From positions 2,112,001-2,176,000 of the forward strand of contig CAVSGO010000007.1 in assembly GCA_963727525.1 (NCBI GenBank): 64,000 bases of DNA, written 5' to 3'. The notes below the pieces were generated by a model, which did not search any database, was not told the DNA's origin, and was given only the letters and a program-made list of their open reading frames with translations. The DNA is from an uncultured bacterium (GTDB taxonomy: Bacteria > Krumholzibacteriota > Krumholzibacteriia > LZORAL124-64-63). This document shows, one piece after another, positions 29,460 to 38,758 of this stretch (position 1 is the first letter of the stretch; every line of letters starts with the position of its first letter). The translations under genes and the position numbers were made by a program.

Positions 29460-30028
29460 GGCCGGTCCTCGCCGGCCAGCGCGGCGTGGAGATAGGCGCG
29501 CGCCTTGCGCCAGTCGCGCTGGACCGTGCGGTCGGTCACGCCCAGCAGCTCGGCGACCTCGTCGCAGGTGCGGCCGGCAAAGAACCGCAGGGTGACGACC
29601 TCGGCAAGGCGCGGGTCGAGCGTCTGCAGTCCATCCAGCGCGGCGTCGAGCTCGACGATCTCCGCGGCGCGCGCGGCGACCGCGATCGTCCCCTCGTCCA
29701 GCAGCTCGTGTCGGGCGCCGCCACCGCGCTTCTGCGCAAGGCGGGCGCGGGCGTGGTCGACCACGACCTGCCGCATGGCGCGGGCGGCGAGCCGCAGGAA
29801 GTGGGCGCGGTCGGCGAGGCTGGGCGTGGCGTGTCCGAGAAACTTCAGGTAGACCTCGTGCACGACGGCCGTGGCGTTGAGGGTGGGTGTGTCCGCGGCG
29901 TCCGCGATCTGGAACCGCGCCAGGCGTCGCAGCTCGTCGTAGAGCAGGGCGAAGACCGCGTCGAGCGCACCCGGGTCGCCGTCGCGCGCGGCGGCGAGCA
30001 GGGTCGTGACCTCGCGGTGCGCATCCAT
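29456..30028 (-). CDS. ECF sigma factor of the kinase-associated type (ECF43-like)
   Basis: LYDELRRLA, TLNATAVVHEVYL, AMRQVVVDHARAR, region 4 VTDRTVQRDWRKARAYL. Confidence 0.9.
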   Translation of the reverse strand: MDAHREVTTLLAAARDGDPGALDAVFALLYDELRRLARFQIADAADTPTLNATAVVHEVYLKFLGHATPSLADRAHFLRLAARAMRQVVVDHARARLAQKRGGGARHELLDEGTIAVAARAAEIVELDAALDGLQTLDPRLAEVVTLRFFAGRTCDEVAELLGVTDRTVQRDWRKARAYLHAALAGEDRP

Positions 30029-30329
30029 GGCCGCCCTCCCGATGTTCGGACAATGACAATGTAGCGGGTCGGGCGAACGCCCGGCATGCTCGGCGCGGTA
30101 CTTCCGGGGATAGACAAACAAACCACGTATTCGCAACCCTTCTCTTCCATTACCCCGGATCGCTGGTTCGATTCTACCCCATGTTCGCCGTGCGATCGCG
30201 CGAGAATTCCCCGTCAACCTCACGACACGCCCCCCACGACCAGCGCGTTGCGTCGTTCGGCGATGCGGACCGCGTGATTTCGCACCCGCCGCGCAGACCG
30301 GGCCTGCGAGCCGGCTGTCCGGCCTCGCC

Positions 30330-30452
30330 GCTGCATGCTTGCGGGCCGCGATGGCGCAGCAGGTCGCGGACATACGCGAGGTTGTCGTCGTTGAGATGGG
30401 AAGCGTGGTGGAAGACTACGGCTTCGGCGTCGTCCTTGTCGGGGCTGATCAC
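30330..30452 (-). pseudogene. Possible short remnant of an AAA-like ATP-binding protein
   Basis: Isolated peptide HLNDDNLAYVRDL resembles the DDxxYVRDLGL segment of such proteins; no full ORF. Confidence 0.25.
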
Positions 30453-30500
30453 CTCTGAGTGCCAGCCCCGGACTCGTTCTCGTTCCCTTCCTGCAATGTC

Positions 30501-31643
30501 CTAGAACCGATAACTCGCCGCCAGCCCCGTCGTTGACGGCATCCGCTCCGACGGCACCACGACTACCGTGCCGCCCTTGTCCAGTACCAGTTCAGCCAGG
30601 TCGTCCAGCATGTCATCGACTTCCGGGGACTGCAAGTCGCCGGTACGGACGGCGCCTGTGGTTCCGTCGATCACGCCCGGAATGACACGGTCGGCCTCGA
30701 GCAAGAGCGTCTCCACTCGGCCGGCGACCGCCGCCTGGGCAACATCCAATAGGTCAGCCGAGCCGCTCTGCCTCGCCGCCGCGGTCCGGTAGCTCTCCCC
30801 GAGTTCGTCCAGCCGCGCCAGATAGTGCGGCTCCAGAACACTCCACGCCTGCTGCCGCAGGCTGTCATCCGACAGCGGCCGCGGATTGCCGTTGGTCCCG
30901 TCGGGCAGCAACAGCTTGTTCTGTGAAACGCGCCGGAAAAGCGCCTGGTGCTCGGGAAGCGCCGCGAGCATGACGGGCAGCCCCGACGGCCCGGAGAATT
31001 GCGCCGTGAACGCACGATCCACGGCCCGGAAGTATTTCTCGGTTTCGAGGTCATCCCGGCTTTCGCCATGCCCGTGCATGATCTTGGGGCTACCGACCCC
31101 ACCGCTCGAGCCGGCTACCGAAACTCGGGCTTCGGTCCGTTCGGCTATCGCCACCTGTTCCATGCGCGAGGGGAACGCGTCGGTCACCGGTTCCTCGTCC
31201 AGCGCGTAACGGTTACCGGCGAATACCACAGCGCTGTCCCTGGTCAGCGCCAGCACCTGGAAACGGTCTGCCGACTGCAAATACCGCACCAGCGGCTTGA
31301 TGTGAAAGCTGTTGGCGACAATCGCCAGTTCCGGAAATGTTCGCTGGACCTGGATGATCTCCAGTACGTCGGAACTGAGCAGGACCGCCAGACCGTCGCG
31401 CGTATGATTCCAGAAGCTCAGGTTCGTGGCCAGCTCCCGGAGCGGATCCAGTCGCTTTTCGACGTCCCGCAGCTCGGGGTGCAGTCGCAGCGACTCCTCG
31501 ACTGTCCGTATCAGGTTCCTGAACCGGACTGGATCCTGCTGGTTCTGGGGATGATGTCGGTGCGTCGGCTGGTAGATCGAAATGCACGGTGGGTCATGGA
31601 CTGCCATCAAAGAAGACAATTTGGCCGCAGTCAGTTGATACAC
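30501..31643 (-). CDS. baeRF3-family aeRF1-like protein (Balon-like)
   Basis: CISIYQPTHRHHPQNQQDPVRFRNL N-terminus; GRVETLLLE, DDMLDDLAELVL..GG C-terminus; no GGQ; GAAGGAG RBS before GTG 31643. Confidence 0.8.
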   Translation of the reverse strand: MYQLTAAKLSSLMAVHDPPCISIYQPTHRHHPQNQQDPVRFRNLIRTVEESLRLHPELRDVEKRLDPLRELATNLSFWNHTRDGLAVLLSSDVLEIIQVQRTFPELAIVANSFHIKPLVRYLQSADRFQVLALTRDSAVVFAGNRYALDEEPVTDAFPSRMEQVAIAERTEARVSVAGSSGGVGSPKIMHGHGESRDDLETEKYFRAVDRAFTAQFSGPSGLPVMLAALPEHQALFRRVSQNKLLLPDGTNGNPRPLSDDSLRQQAWSVLEPHYLARLDELGESYRTAAARQSGSADLLDVAQAAVAGRVETLLLEADRVIPGVIDGTTGAVRTGDLQSPEVDDMLDDLAELVLDKGGTVVVVPSERMPSTTGLAASYRF

Positions 31644-32090
31644 GGGAACTCCTTCGGGCTGGCGCCCTGAAATGCTTTCGGGCTCTACCACATTGTAAGC
31701 CAAGCATTTGCCGTCCGCTCTCGAAGTTCGTCCACTATCACCATGGTGCTTTTCGCCGACATTCCCGAAAGCCGCACGACGGTCACCGACGGCGTATTCA
31801 GCCCCGGCAGTGATGGCGAAACGATTTTCCAGGGTAGAGGTTCTCCGCCCCGATCAGCCCCCGAGAACCTCGCGGTTTCGCGGGTGAGACGCTCGAGACG
31901 CCGCGATGGATGGCATCGATGCCGGGATTTCGCGCCCACCGCGCGGACTTCTCCGTCCGGCCTGCCGCCTGGCCTCGGATCAGCGCAGACGGAGCTAGTG
32001 GAAGGCACAGTTCAAGATTGGCAGATCGCTGACGATCATGTTCAGATACGTGCCTGATCGCCGGCCCCGCTCGCCCAGGAAGCTATTTTC

Positions 32091-32531
32091 ATGGACCTCA
32101 TCCATCTCATCTACTGCAGCGCCGCGAGCAATCCCGACCTGAGTCTCGACGAGATCGATACGATCCAGAAGAAGAGCCGCGCCAACAATGCCGAGGTCGG
32201 CATCACCGGGATGCTGCTCTTCGATCAGGGTTCTTTCTTCCAGGTGATCGAGGGCGAGCGCGCGGTCGTCGAGGCCCTGTTCGAAGTGATCTGCGAGGAC
32301 GAGCACCACACGAACGTCGCCAAGATCTTGCTCGAGTCGATCGAGGCACGCGACTTCGGCGACTGGACCATGGGCCTGTCCCGCCTGACCCGCGATGATT
32401 TCGCGCAGATTTCCGGCCTCAACGACTTCTTCGTTGCCGGCCGATCGTTCCAAGACCTGGGCGCCGGTCGCGCACGCACCCTGCTGGCGGCCTACAAGGA
32501 CGGTCGCTGGCGTGCGTCGCTCAGCAGATAG
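32091..32531 (+). CDS. Stand-alone BLUF blue-light sensor
   Basis: LIYCS (Tyr), SRANN, GITGML, FFQVIEG (Gln), RDFGDWTM (Trp/Met). Confidence 0.92.
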   Translation: MDLIHLIYCSAASNPDLSLDEIDTIQKKSRANNAEVGITGMLLFDQGSFFQVIEGERAVVEALFEVICEDEHHTNVAKILLESIEARDFGDWTMGLSRLTRDDFAQISGLNDFFVAGRSFQDLGAGRARTLLAAYKDGRWRASLSR

Positions 32532-32551
32532 CGCTGCAGATCGAGCCAGGC

Positions 32552-32980
32552 TTACAGGTCGCCCGCCTCGCGACGTTCCAGGTTCCCGCGCGGTGCTTTG
32601 AAATACCGATCACCGCCCTGTTCGATCTCCCAGTAATTGAGCAAGGTGTCGGCGGCCGCAACTTCAAAGACCAATCTGTTCTCGAGACGACGTTGGAAAT
32701 ATCCGAACCTCGGATCAGCGTCCATCTTGTACACATAGGCAATGCCGGACCACGGTTTGCCCACCGCCCCACCCCCCTTGACTTCGAATATCTCGTGCGG
32801 TACGCCCAGCAAGAGTCGCACCTTTGACACCGGCATGCCTCGCTCGAGCTTGTCCACCGTCGGTTGCGCAACGGGATCGTAATACCGAATTCCAGGCGAC
32901 GGCGCGCAACCGGCCACGACCAGGAACCCGGCCACCAATAAACCGCCCGACGCCGCCAATACGTTTCGACGACTCATCAC
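32552..32980 (-). CDS. Small lipoprotein (SmpA/BamE-like fold possible)
   Basis: Lipobox VVAGC; KLERGMPVSKVRLLLGVP pattern; overlaps protease stop. Confidence 0.65.
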   Translation of the reverse strand: MMSRRNVLAASGGLLVAGFLVVAGCAPSPGIRYYDPVAQPTVDKLERGMPVSKVRLLLGVPHEIFEVKGGGAVGKPWSGIAYVYKMDADPRFGYFQRRLENRLVFEVAAADTLLNYWEIEQGGDRYFKAPRGNLERREAGDL

Positions 32981-34410
32981 ATATCCTCCCGACTTCTCAC
33001 ATGATCCTCGTCGGCGGCCAGGCTTGAAACCGTATCGAGTCTCTTGACGAAGAGATACTGGTCGAAATCAAGGGCGATCCGTTCGAGAATCGGCTGTGGA
33101 ATCATATAATCCAGCGTGTCCGCCGGCGCGCGCGCGTCGAGGATGTGCATATCGAGCTTTGGCCAACCGGACTTGGTCGGCAGGAATGGCTCGACCGTAT
33201 AGGCAAAGATACCCGAGCGCGCGAGGTCGTCTCCGCTTGCCGAAACCCAACCCGACTGCGCGTAGAAATTCAGCGGCACCAGGCTGATGCCGCGCTGGCA
33301 GTCGTCTATCGCCCGATCGCCACAGGAGAGCCAGAAGTCGCCGAGATCGCCCTTGAACTCGAGAGTGTGGTGAGCGGTGCCGAGCAGCGCGGCAGAAAAC
33401 GCCGACCCAATAGCGCTTCCTGTCGTTTCACCGATCCGCGGCAGAACCTGGAGAATGACGACGGGGCGCAAGCCGTTCGTATACTGCATCCACGATCGCA
33501 TATCGGAGATAGGATCACTGTCGTAGGGAGACGCGCTCCCATCACCTTCGGAATGAAGGCGCACCGAACGCCGGATCTCCTGGCGATTGGCCCGCCAGAA
33601 CATCTCCGGTGGCGTATGAACCGCGAAGATGAAGTCGCCCTTTTCGAAAGAATATCGCTCGATCGGCCATTTCGTGGACTTGGCAACCTTCTGGAGGGCC
33701 ACCGGAGGAAACAGCTCCTTGGGCATGGTCGGGTAGGTCTTCGCGTCAGGTGCGGAAGCGTGCGCCAGGGCAACGCTGATCTCGTCGCGCAAGGCATTCA
33801 ACAATCCGACACTGATGCTCCCCGAGATACCCGGTCCACCGGCGCCGCTGAAATCACCAAATGTATTGATGGCGACCACTTCACCATCGAGATTGATCAG
33901 CGGACCACCTGAGTTGCCGTGGTTGATATTCACGTCGGTAATCAGCGCCTCGGATTCCACCTTGGAAATGACGCCGATCGTCATGATGCGATCCTGGTTG
34001 AGAGGACTGCCAATGGCGAACACGCGTTCGCCAACAAATGCGTAATCAGCGCCGGCCGCGGAGAGTGGCAAGACCGGGCAGGCCTCACAGGATTGCGGAG
34101 CGATGCGGATGACCCCGATGTCGTTGGCCGCGTCGCGCACCAACACCTGGGCCGCCACTTTGAGACTGTCGTTCAACTGGACGAAGACGTGCTTTCCGTC
34201 ACCAATGACGTGCGCATTGGTCGCGACGACGCCGGCATGATCGATTAAGAACCCCGACCCTTTGCCGTCTTCGCTATAAACCGTGAACACCCCATCGCGC
34301 AGTTTCTGGAACAGCTCGGCTTCTTCGCTCATCCGGCGTTCCGCCGAGGCATGGGGCCCGCTCACGGCGACTGCCAAGGCGACACATAATACAGACATTC
34401 GCGTCTTCAT
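32977..34410 (-). CDS. Secreted trypsin-like (S1C/HtrA-type) serine protease without PDZ
   Basis: Signal peptide; catalytic triad motifs TNAHVI, NDIGVI, NHGNSGGPL; lower GC than flanks. Confidence 0.88.
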   Translation of the reverse strand: MKTRMSVLCVALAVAVSGPHASAERRMSEEAELFQKLRDGVFTVYSEDGKGSGFLIDHAGVVATNAHVIGDGKHVFVQLNDSLKVAAQVLVRDAANDIGVIRIAPQSCEACPVLPLSAAGADYAFVGERVFAIGSPLNQDRIMTIGVISKVESEALITDVNINHGNSGGPLINLDGEVVAINTFGDFSGAGGPGISGSISVGLLNALRDEISVALAHASAPDAKTYPTMPKELFPPVALQKVAKSTKWPIERYSFEKGDFIFAVHTPPEMFWRANRQEIRRSVRLHSEGDGSASPYDSDPISDMRSWMQYTNGLRPVVILQVLPRIGETTGSAIGSAFSAALLGTAHHTLEFKGDLGDFWLSCGDRAIDDCQRGISLVPLNFYAQSGWVSASGDDLARSGIFAYTVEPFLPTKSGWPKLDMHILDARAPADTLDYMIPQPILERIALDFDQYLFVKRLDTVSSLAADEDHVRSREDM

Positions 34411-35188
34411 ATAATCCCCCCTGGCTGACGGCGTGAGCCGCAACACCCTGGCCCCGCTGTAAAATTCGAATCTCGACCGTCTCTGATCCCATCGTGGTTC
34501 ATTGTTTCACGTTCGATGTGTGATCGTCAACCGAGAGATTGCCAAACCGCCGTAATACAGCCGGAGATCGACCTTGGGGTGATGTCTCTCGCCACCAATG
34601 ACAACGAAGACCCGCGCAGCCTTTTACGGTATCGTCCCAGCGCCCGTCGCCACCAGGAGACACGAGGGACGTCGGCCGCGGTCGGTACGCTGTCGCCATA
34701 TTGCTGCTACAAGCGGCCAACTGCGTCCGGACCGCCGTAGACTCCCGTTGATCTCGGTCGATGGCCTCCACTGCAACGTGACGATGTTGTCGATCCCGGC
34801 ACATGTGCGATGTCCAGGCCGATCATGACCACCGACAATATCGCTGATCCGCCGCTGCCGGCTCCGCGCCATCCCGACCCCAATCACCGACCGCATGATC
34901 AGGCCCGATCTGCTTCCGTTTACGTGTCCGGGAACCTCCCAGCACGAGCGACTAGCTCACGAAGTCCTTCGGCTCGAGGCAACCGACGAACAGATCCCGC
35001 TCGTCGATTAGATCCTTGACCTTCTGAAGGATTGCGATCGCGCTCACGCACTCGGCAAGGCGAAACATCACCAGGCCGCGCGCCTTTCGCTCGTCGATGG
35101 CAAGGCTGTCGAAATCAACGGAGATCAAATGCGTCGGACGTTGGCGTACGCGACCGAGCGCGTCAGGTCGTGAGACCGACCATGCGGA

Positions 35189-37537
35189 TCAGCGGACGAG
35201 CATGAGCTTTGTGGTCGCCGCACCGCGGCCGGTCTGCAATCGCGCGAGGTACGCCCCGGCCGGCAGCCGGTCGGCCGCGAACGTTACAGCATGTGAGCCG
35301 GCGGCAAGGTGTGCGCGGAGCAGGTCGGCGACACGACGGCCGCGCAGGTCGTAGACCGTGAGCGTGCCGTCGGTGGGTTCGCGCAAGTCGAAGTGGATGA
35401 TCGTACGGGGATTGAACGGATTGGGCCGGCATGTCATCGCGATCACCGGCTCGCCCGGACGCTCTCCGGCCTCGTCCACCGCGACGATACCGGGACCGCT
35501 CGTGCAATAGGTCAGCATCACAAAGTCGACCGCCGTGTTGTGCCGGACCACGAAGTCGACGCCCTGACGGGCGGCCGCGGCGGCCGTGAGATCCAGCGTA
35601 CCGCCGCCGACCAGCGGCAACGCGTCGAGATCCAGGACGAGCGTGGTGTCGCGGCCGGCGATCCATGGCGCCGCGATCAGGCCGGGGTCGGTCGTGCCGC
35701 TGGTGCTGCCGAGGTAGCGGCTCCAGGCTTCGTCGAGGCCCGAGGCGTCGGCGAAGCCCAGCACCAGGCGATCGGTCTCGGTCCCCGCAGACGCGCCGGC
35801 GCGCAGCCGCACGACGAGGCGGGCGTCGGCCAGGTCCGTCGGCAAGGGTGCCAGCGAGGTGGCCACGGCGCCGCCCGCAGGATCCAGGTCGAGGGGAACC
35901 AGGTCCAGCCCGGCGAGGGCGTCGACCAGCGCGACGCTCGGCGTCGTGGGTTCGGGCGGAAGCAGGTAGGCGTCTTCCTCGCCGGTTTCCGCGATGTGAT
36001 CGTACCCGTAGAACACGGAGCCCGGTTCGCCGGCATCGATGCCGGCGCCGCCGGGAGCAGCGACCTGCGTGAGCACGTCGAATTCGTCGAGGCAATCGCC
36101 CGCATAGATCGCCACGCGCCCACCGCCGCCGCCACCGCCGGTGCCACTGCTGCCGCCCGCGGCGGTGATCGTGCCGGAGCCCGTCAGGCTGGCCGTGGTC
36201 AGGCGGATCGCGCCGCCGGCGCCGGCGCCGTGGCTCGTAATGGCGGGCGCGGTTCCGTCACTGCCGAGATGGCCGTCGATGCGGGCCTGGCCCTGGATAG
36301 TCAGGCGCACGAGTCCGCCGCCGGCGCCGCCGGTGGCGCCGCTGCCGCCACTGCCCGCCGTGGCGGGGAAAAATGTCGAACCGTAGGTCGTCCCGCCGCC
36401 GAACCCGCTTGCGCCACCGCCGCCGCGGCCGCCGTGCCCACCGCCGCCGCTGGACGATCCCGCACCGGGTCCGGTCCCGTGGGTGAACCCGCTGCCATCG
36501 GCCGCAATGGAACCGGTCGCCGTGATCTCCAGATCGCCAGCGACGACCAGCCTCGGCGGACCCTCGAGGACCGCGCCGCCGGTGACCAGGACACCGGCGG
36601 CGAGCTGCTGCGTGTCGGTCAGCTCGCTGCGCGCGCCGGCCGGCAGGCCGCCGTTGTCCAGCCGCAACTCGCCGTGGCTGCCCTGCAGCAGCAGGACCGA
36701 TCCCGCACCGCCGCGCTGTCCGCCGCTGCCCCCGAAGGCGGTGGTCGTCCCCGCGAAGTCCAGTGTCGCGGCTGCGATCGCGATGCGCCCCCCGCCACCA
36801 CCGCCGGGCGCGGCCGCGTTGCCGCCGTCGGCGCTGATGGTCCCGCTGCCAGTGATCGCGCCGGCCGTCACCCAGATGCTGCCGCCGGAGCCGCCGCTGT
36901 GGTTGATGTTGGCCGGGGCGCTGCCATCGGCGCTCAGACGTCCCGCGACCACGAGCGTGTCGGTGACGGCCAGGTGGATCACCCCGCCGCCCGTGCCCCC
37001 GGTGGCGCCGCCGCCGCCGCTGCCGGGCTCGCGGGGGGCATTCACCGATCCGTAGCACGCGCCTCCCGCGGTCCCGTTGACGGCGATGCCGCCACGTCCG
37101 CCGTGGCCGGCGCCGCCGACCGAGCCCACGGCGGGCTGGCCCGGACCCGTGCGGTGCGGCCAGCCCTTGCCATCGGCGTCGATGCGGCTCCCGGCGTCGA
37201 TGACAAGGGAGCCGAGCACGTCCAGGTCGATGCCCTGCGTGTCGGCCGCCGCATGCGTGAGCGCGGCGCCCCCGACGAGCGCGAGCCGGCACAACGTGTG
37301 GTGACCCGCGATCGTGACGGTCGCGGCGTCAATGGTCAGCGCTGTACCGTCGTACTGCGTGTCACCGGCCGCGATCGTCGTGTCCGTGGCGATCGACGCG
37401 GCTGGACAATCCTCGCGACGCAGGGGATCACCCAGGGACGGTGCTTGATCGAGGACCAGGCAGGCCGCCACGAGCGCGCCGCGACACAGCACAACGGTCA
37501 GCGACCGTCGGGAGCAGGAGGGGCAGGCTGTTCGCAT
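35189..37537 (-). CDS. Gly-rich repeat surface protein with C-terminal FlgD-Ig/T9SS-like domain
   Basis: Two tandem Gly-rich modules (GHGGRGG..YGS..PxxxGSGG..GGGGGGRxAI); C-terminus PNPFNPRTII..VYDLRGRRVADL..AGAYLARL; start uncertain. Confidence 0.8.
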   Translation of the reverse strand: MRTACPSCSRRSLTVVLCRGALVAACLVLDQAPSLGDPLRREDCPAASIATDTTIAAGDTQYDGTALTIDAATVTIAGHHTLCRLALVGGAALTHAAADTQGIDLDVLGSLVIDAGSRIDADGKGWPHRTGPGQPAVGSVGGAGHGGRGGIAVNGTAGGACYGSVNAPREPGSGGGGATGGTGGGVIHLAVTDTLVVAGRLSADGSAPANINHSGGSGGSIWVTAGAITGSGTISADGGNAAAPGGGGGGRIAIAAATLDFAGTTTAFGGSGGQRGGAGSVLLLQGSHGELRLDNGGLPAGARSELTDTQQLAAGVLVTGGAVLEGPPRLVVAGDLEITATGSIAADGSGFTHGTGPGAGSSSGGGGHGGRGGGGASGFGGGTTYGSTFFPATAGSGGSGATGGAGGGLVRLTIQGQARIDGHLGSDGTAPAITSHGAGAGGAIRLTTASLTGSGTITAAGGSSGTGGGGGGGRVAIYAGDCLDEFDVLTQVAAPGGAGIDAGEPGSVFYGYDHIAETGEEDAYLLPPEPTTPSVALVDALAGLDLVPLDLDPAGGAVATSLAPLPTDLADARLVVRLRAGASAGTETDRLVLGFADASGLDEAWSRYLGSTSGTTDPGLIAAPWIAGRDTTLVLDLDALPLVGGGTLDLTAAAAARQGVDFVVRHNTAVDFVMLTYCTSGPGIVAVDEAGERPGEPVIAMTCRPNPFNPRTIIHFDLREPTDGTLTVYDLRGRRVADLLRAHLAAGSHAVTFAADRLPAGAYLARLQTGRGAATTKLMLVR

Positions 37538-37929
37538 GGTTGGCGTCTTTCGCCGGTTAGTCTCCGGAGCGTGCCGATGCGCCATCATACATGAATCAAG
37601 AATTTCAATCCGATATTTCGACCGTGCTCGTACGCCGCCAACGTGCGTGGGTCGCCGCAGCAGTATCGCCATGATTTAATACCAACTGCATAGTTCCATC
37701 CCCCGGATAGCCGTCCTCCATCGATTCCGCCACAACCCCTGCTGCATCGGACACCGAAGGCCCCTGAATGCCGCTGACAGAGCGATTCACGCCGCGTTTC
37801 CGGCTGCCCCCTGCGTCCGCCGCCGCCGCCAGACACGACTCGATGGGACGGTCGAGACGCCGGGCGGCCAGGCCCGGGTGCTTCTTGGCAGCCATGCCGG
37901 CATCCCGGGACTGGCCCAGGACGAGCCGG

Positions 37930-38456
37930 ACGCCGTATCCATTGCTCATCGTCTGGCGCGGCAGGCCTGACCTGCGCGAAGCGATCGTCGCGCGCGATGA
38001 CAACGGGAAGGTTCAGGAGTACTGGTTCCGTATTTCCTGCAACCCGGATACTTCCTGGAGACCTCGAGCAACATCGATATGCGGCAACCTGATTCCGAAC
38101 ACGTGACGTGGATCTACATGGAGGATGATCTCTATGTCGGTTCGGGCTTCACGCTGCAGTTTGCGCCTGAGATTGACGACAATATTTTTCTATACAAAAC
38201 CGTGGCCACCATCGATGCGACTGCCTCTACTCCGACTGACACGTTCACCAAGGCAGTCGAAATGGACTACCTCGTTGATTTCGGTTGGATGGATGCTATC
38301 ACCGAGGATGGTGAAGTGATCGGCACCTTCCACGCCGGACATCCCGGGCGCGTATTCTACGTCCCTGATATCGGGCCTGTGGACCTCTACGGGTTCGGCG
38401 CGCAAGGCGGTGAGGCGTCGCCGCCGCCCGGGTGTGTGAGGTGTCTGGATCAATAG
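37930..38456 (+). pseudogene. Frameshifted remnant of a secreted protein
   Basis: Protein-like segments in two frames (LLIVWRGRPDLREAIVAR; VTWIYMEDDLYVGSGFTLQFAPEIDDNIFL..FYVPDIGPV) with no credible start. Confidence 0.45.
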
Positions 38457-38487
38457 GAAATCTCTACTTGCCCGAGAACCTCGCGAC

Positions 38488-38552
38488 ATCGCAACGGGGG
38501 CATTGCAGCGGGCGCGCTTCGGAGAGTCGCACCAGGCGCATCGCCCAGCTAC
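38488..38552 (-). pseudogene. Second IS91-like transposase remnant
   Basis: SWAMRLVRLSEARPLQCPRC resembles MLARIYEARPLLCPRC at 632-757. Confidence 0.55.
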
Positions 38553-38680
38553 GCCATGTCTCGGACCCCCGGATTCTCGCTGGCGAACGGCGAGGAATCG
38601 GACCGGCGTGGTTACGACGAGGTGTCCTTCGACGTGAGCTGGTCAGGTGCGGGCTGATCGACCTGGTGGCGCGGGGAAGC

Positions 38681-38758
38681 GGTGAGAGGGGTGTGAGGGT
38701 TGGGCGAGGCCGCCTCGCTCGCTCGAAGGCCTCGCCCAACCCTCACACCCCTCTCACC
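38681..38758 (-). repeat. ~80-bp palindromic element, copy 2
   Basis: Perfect 31-bp inverted repeat with 16-nt loop (minus strand TTCGAGCGAGCGAGGC); overlaps the RND stop codon. Confidence 0.85.

Noticed and set aside
32552-35160. Integron cassette array in the lower-GC region
   Set aside because: No convincing attC sites (RYYYAAC...GTTRRRY with internal symmetry) and no integrase
34450-35160. Coding sequence in this 700-bp gap
   Set aside because: Only short ORFs; one protein-like fragment (about 34950-35100, minus) but no recognisable family
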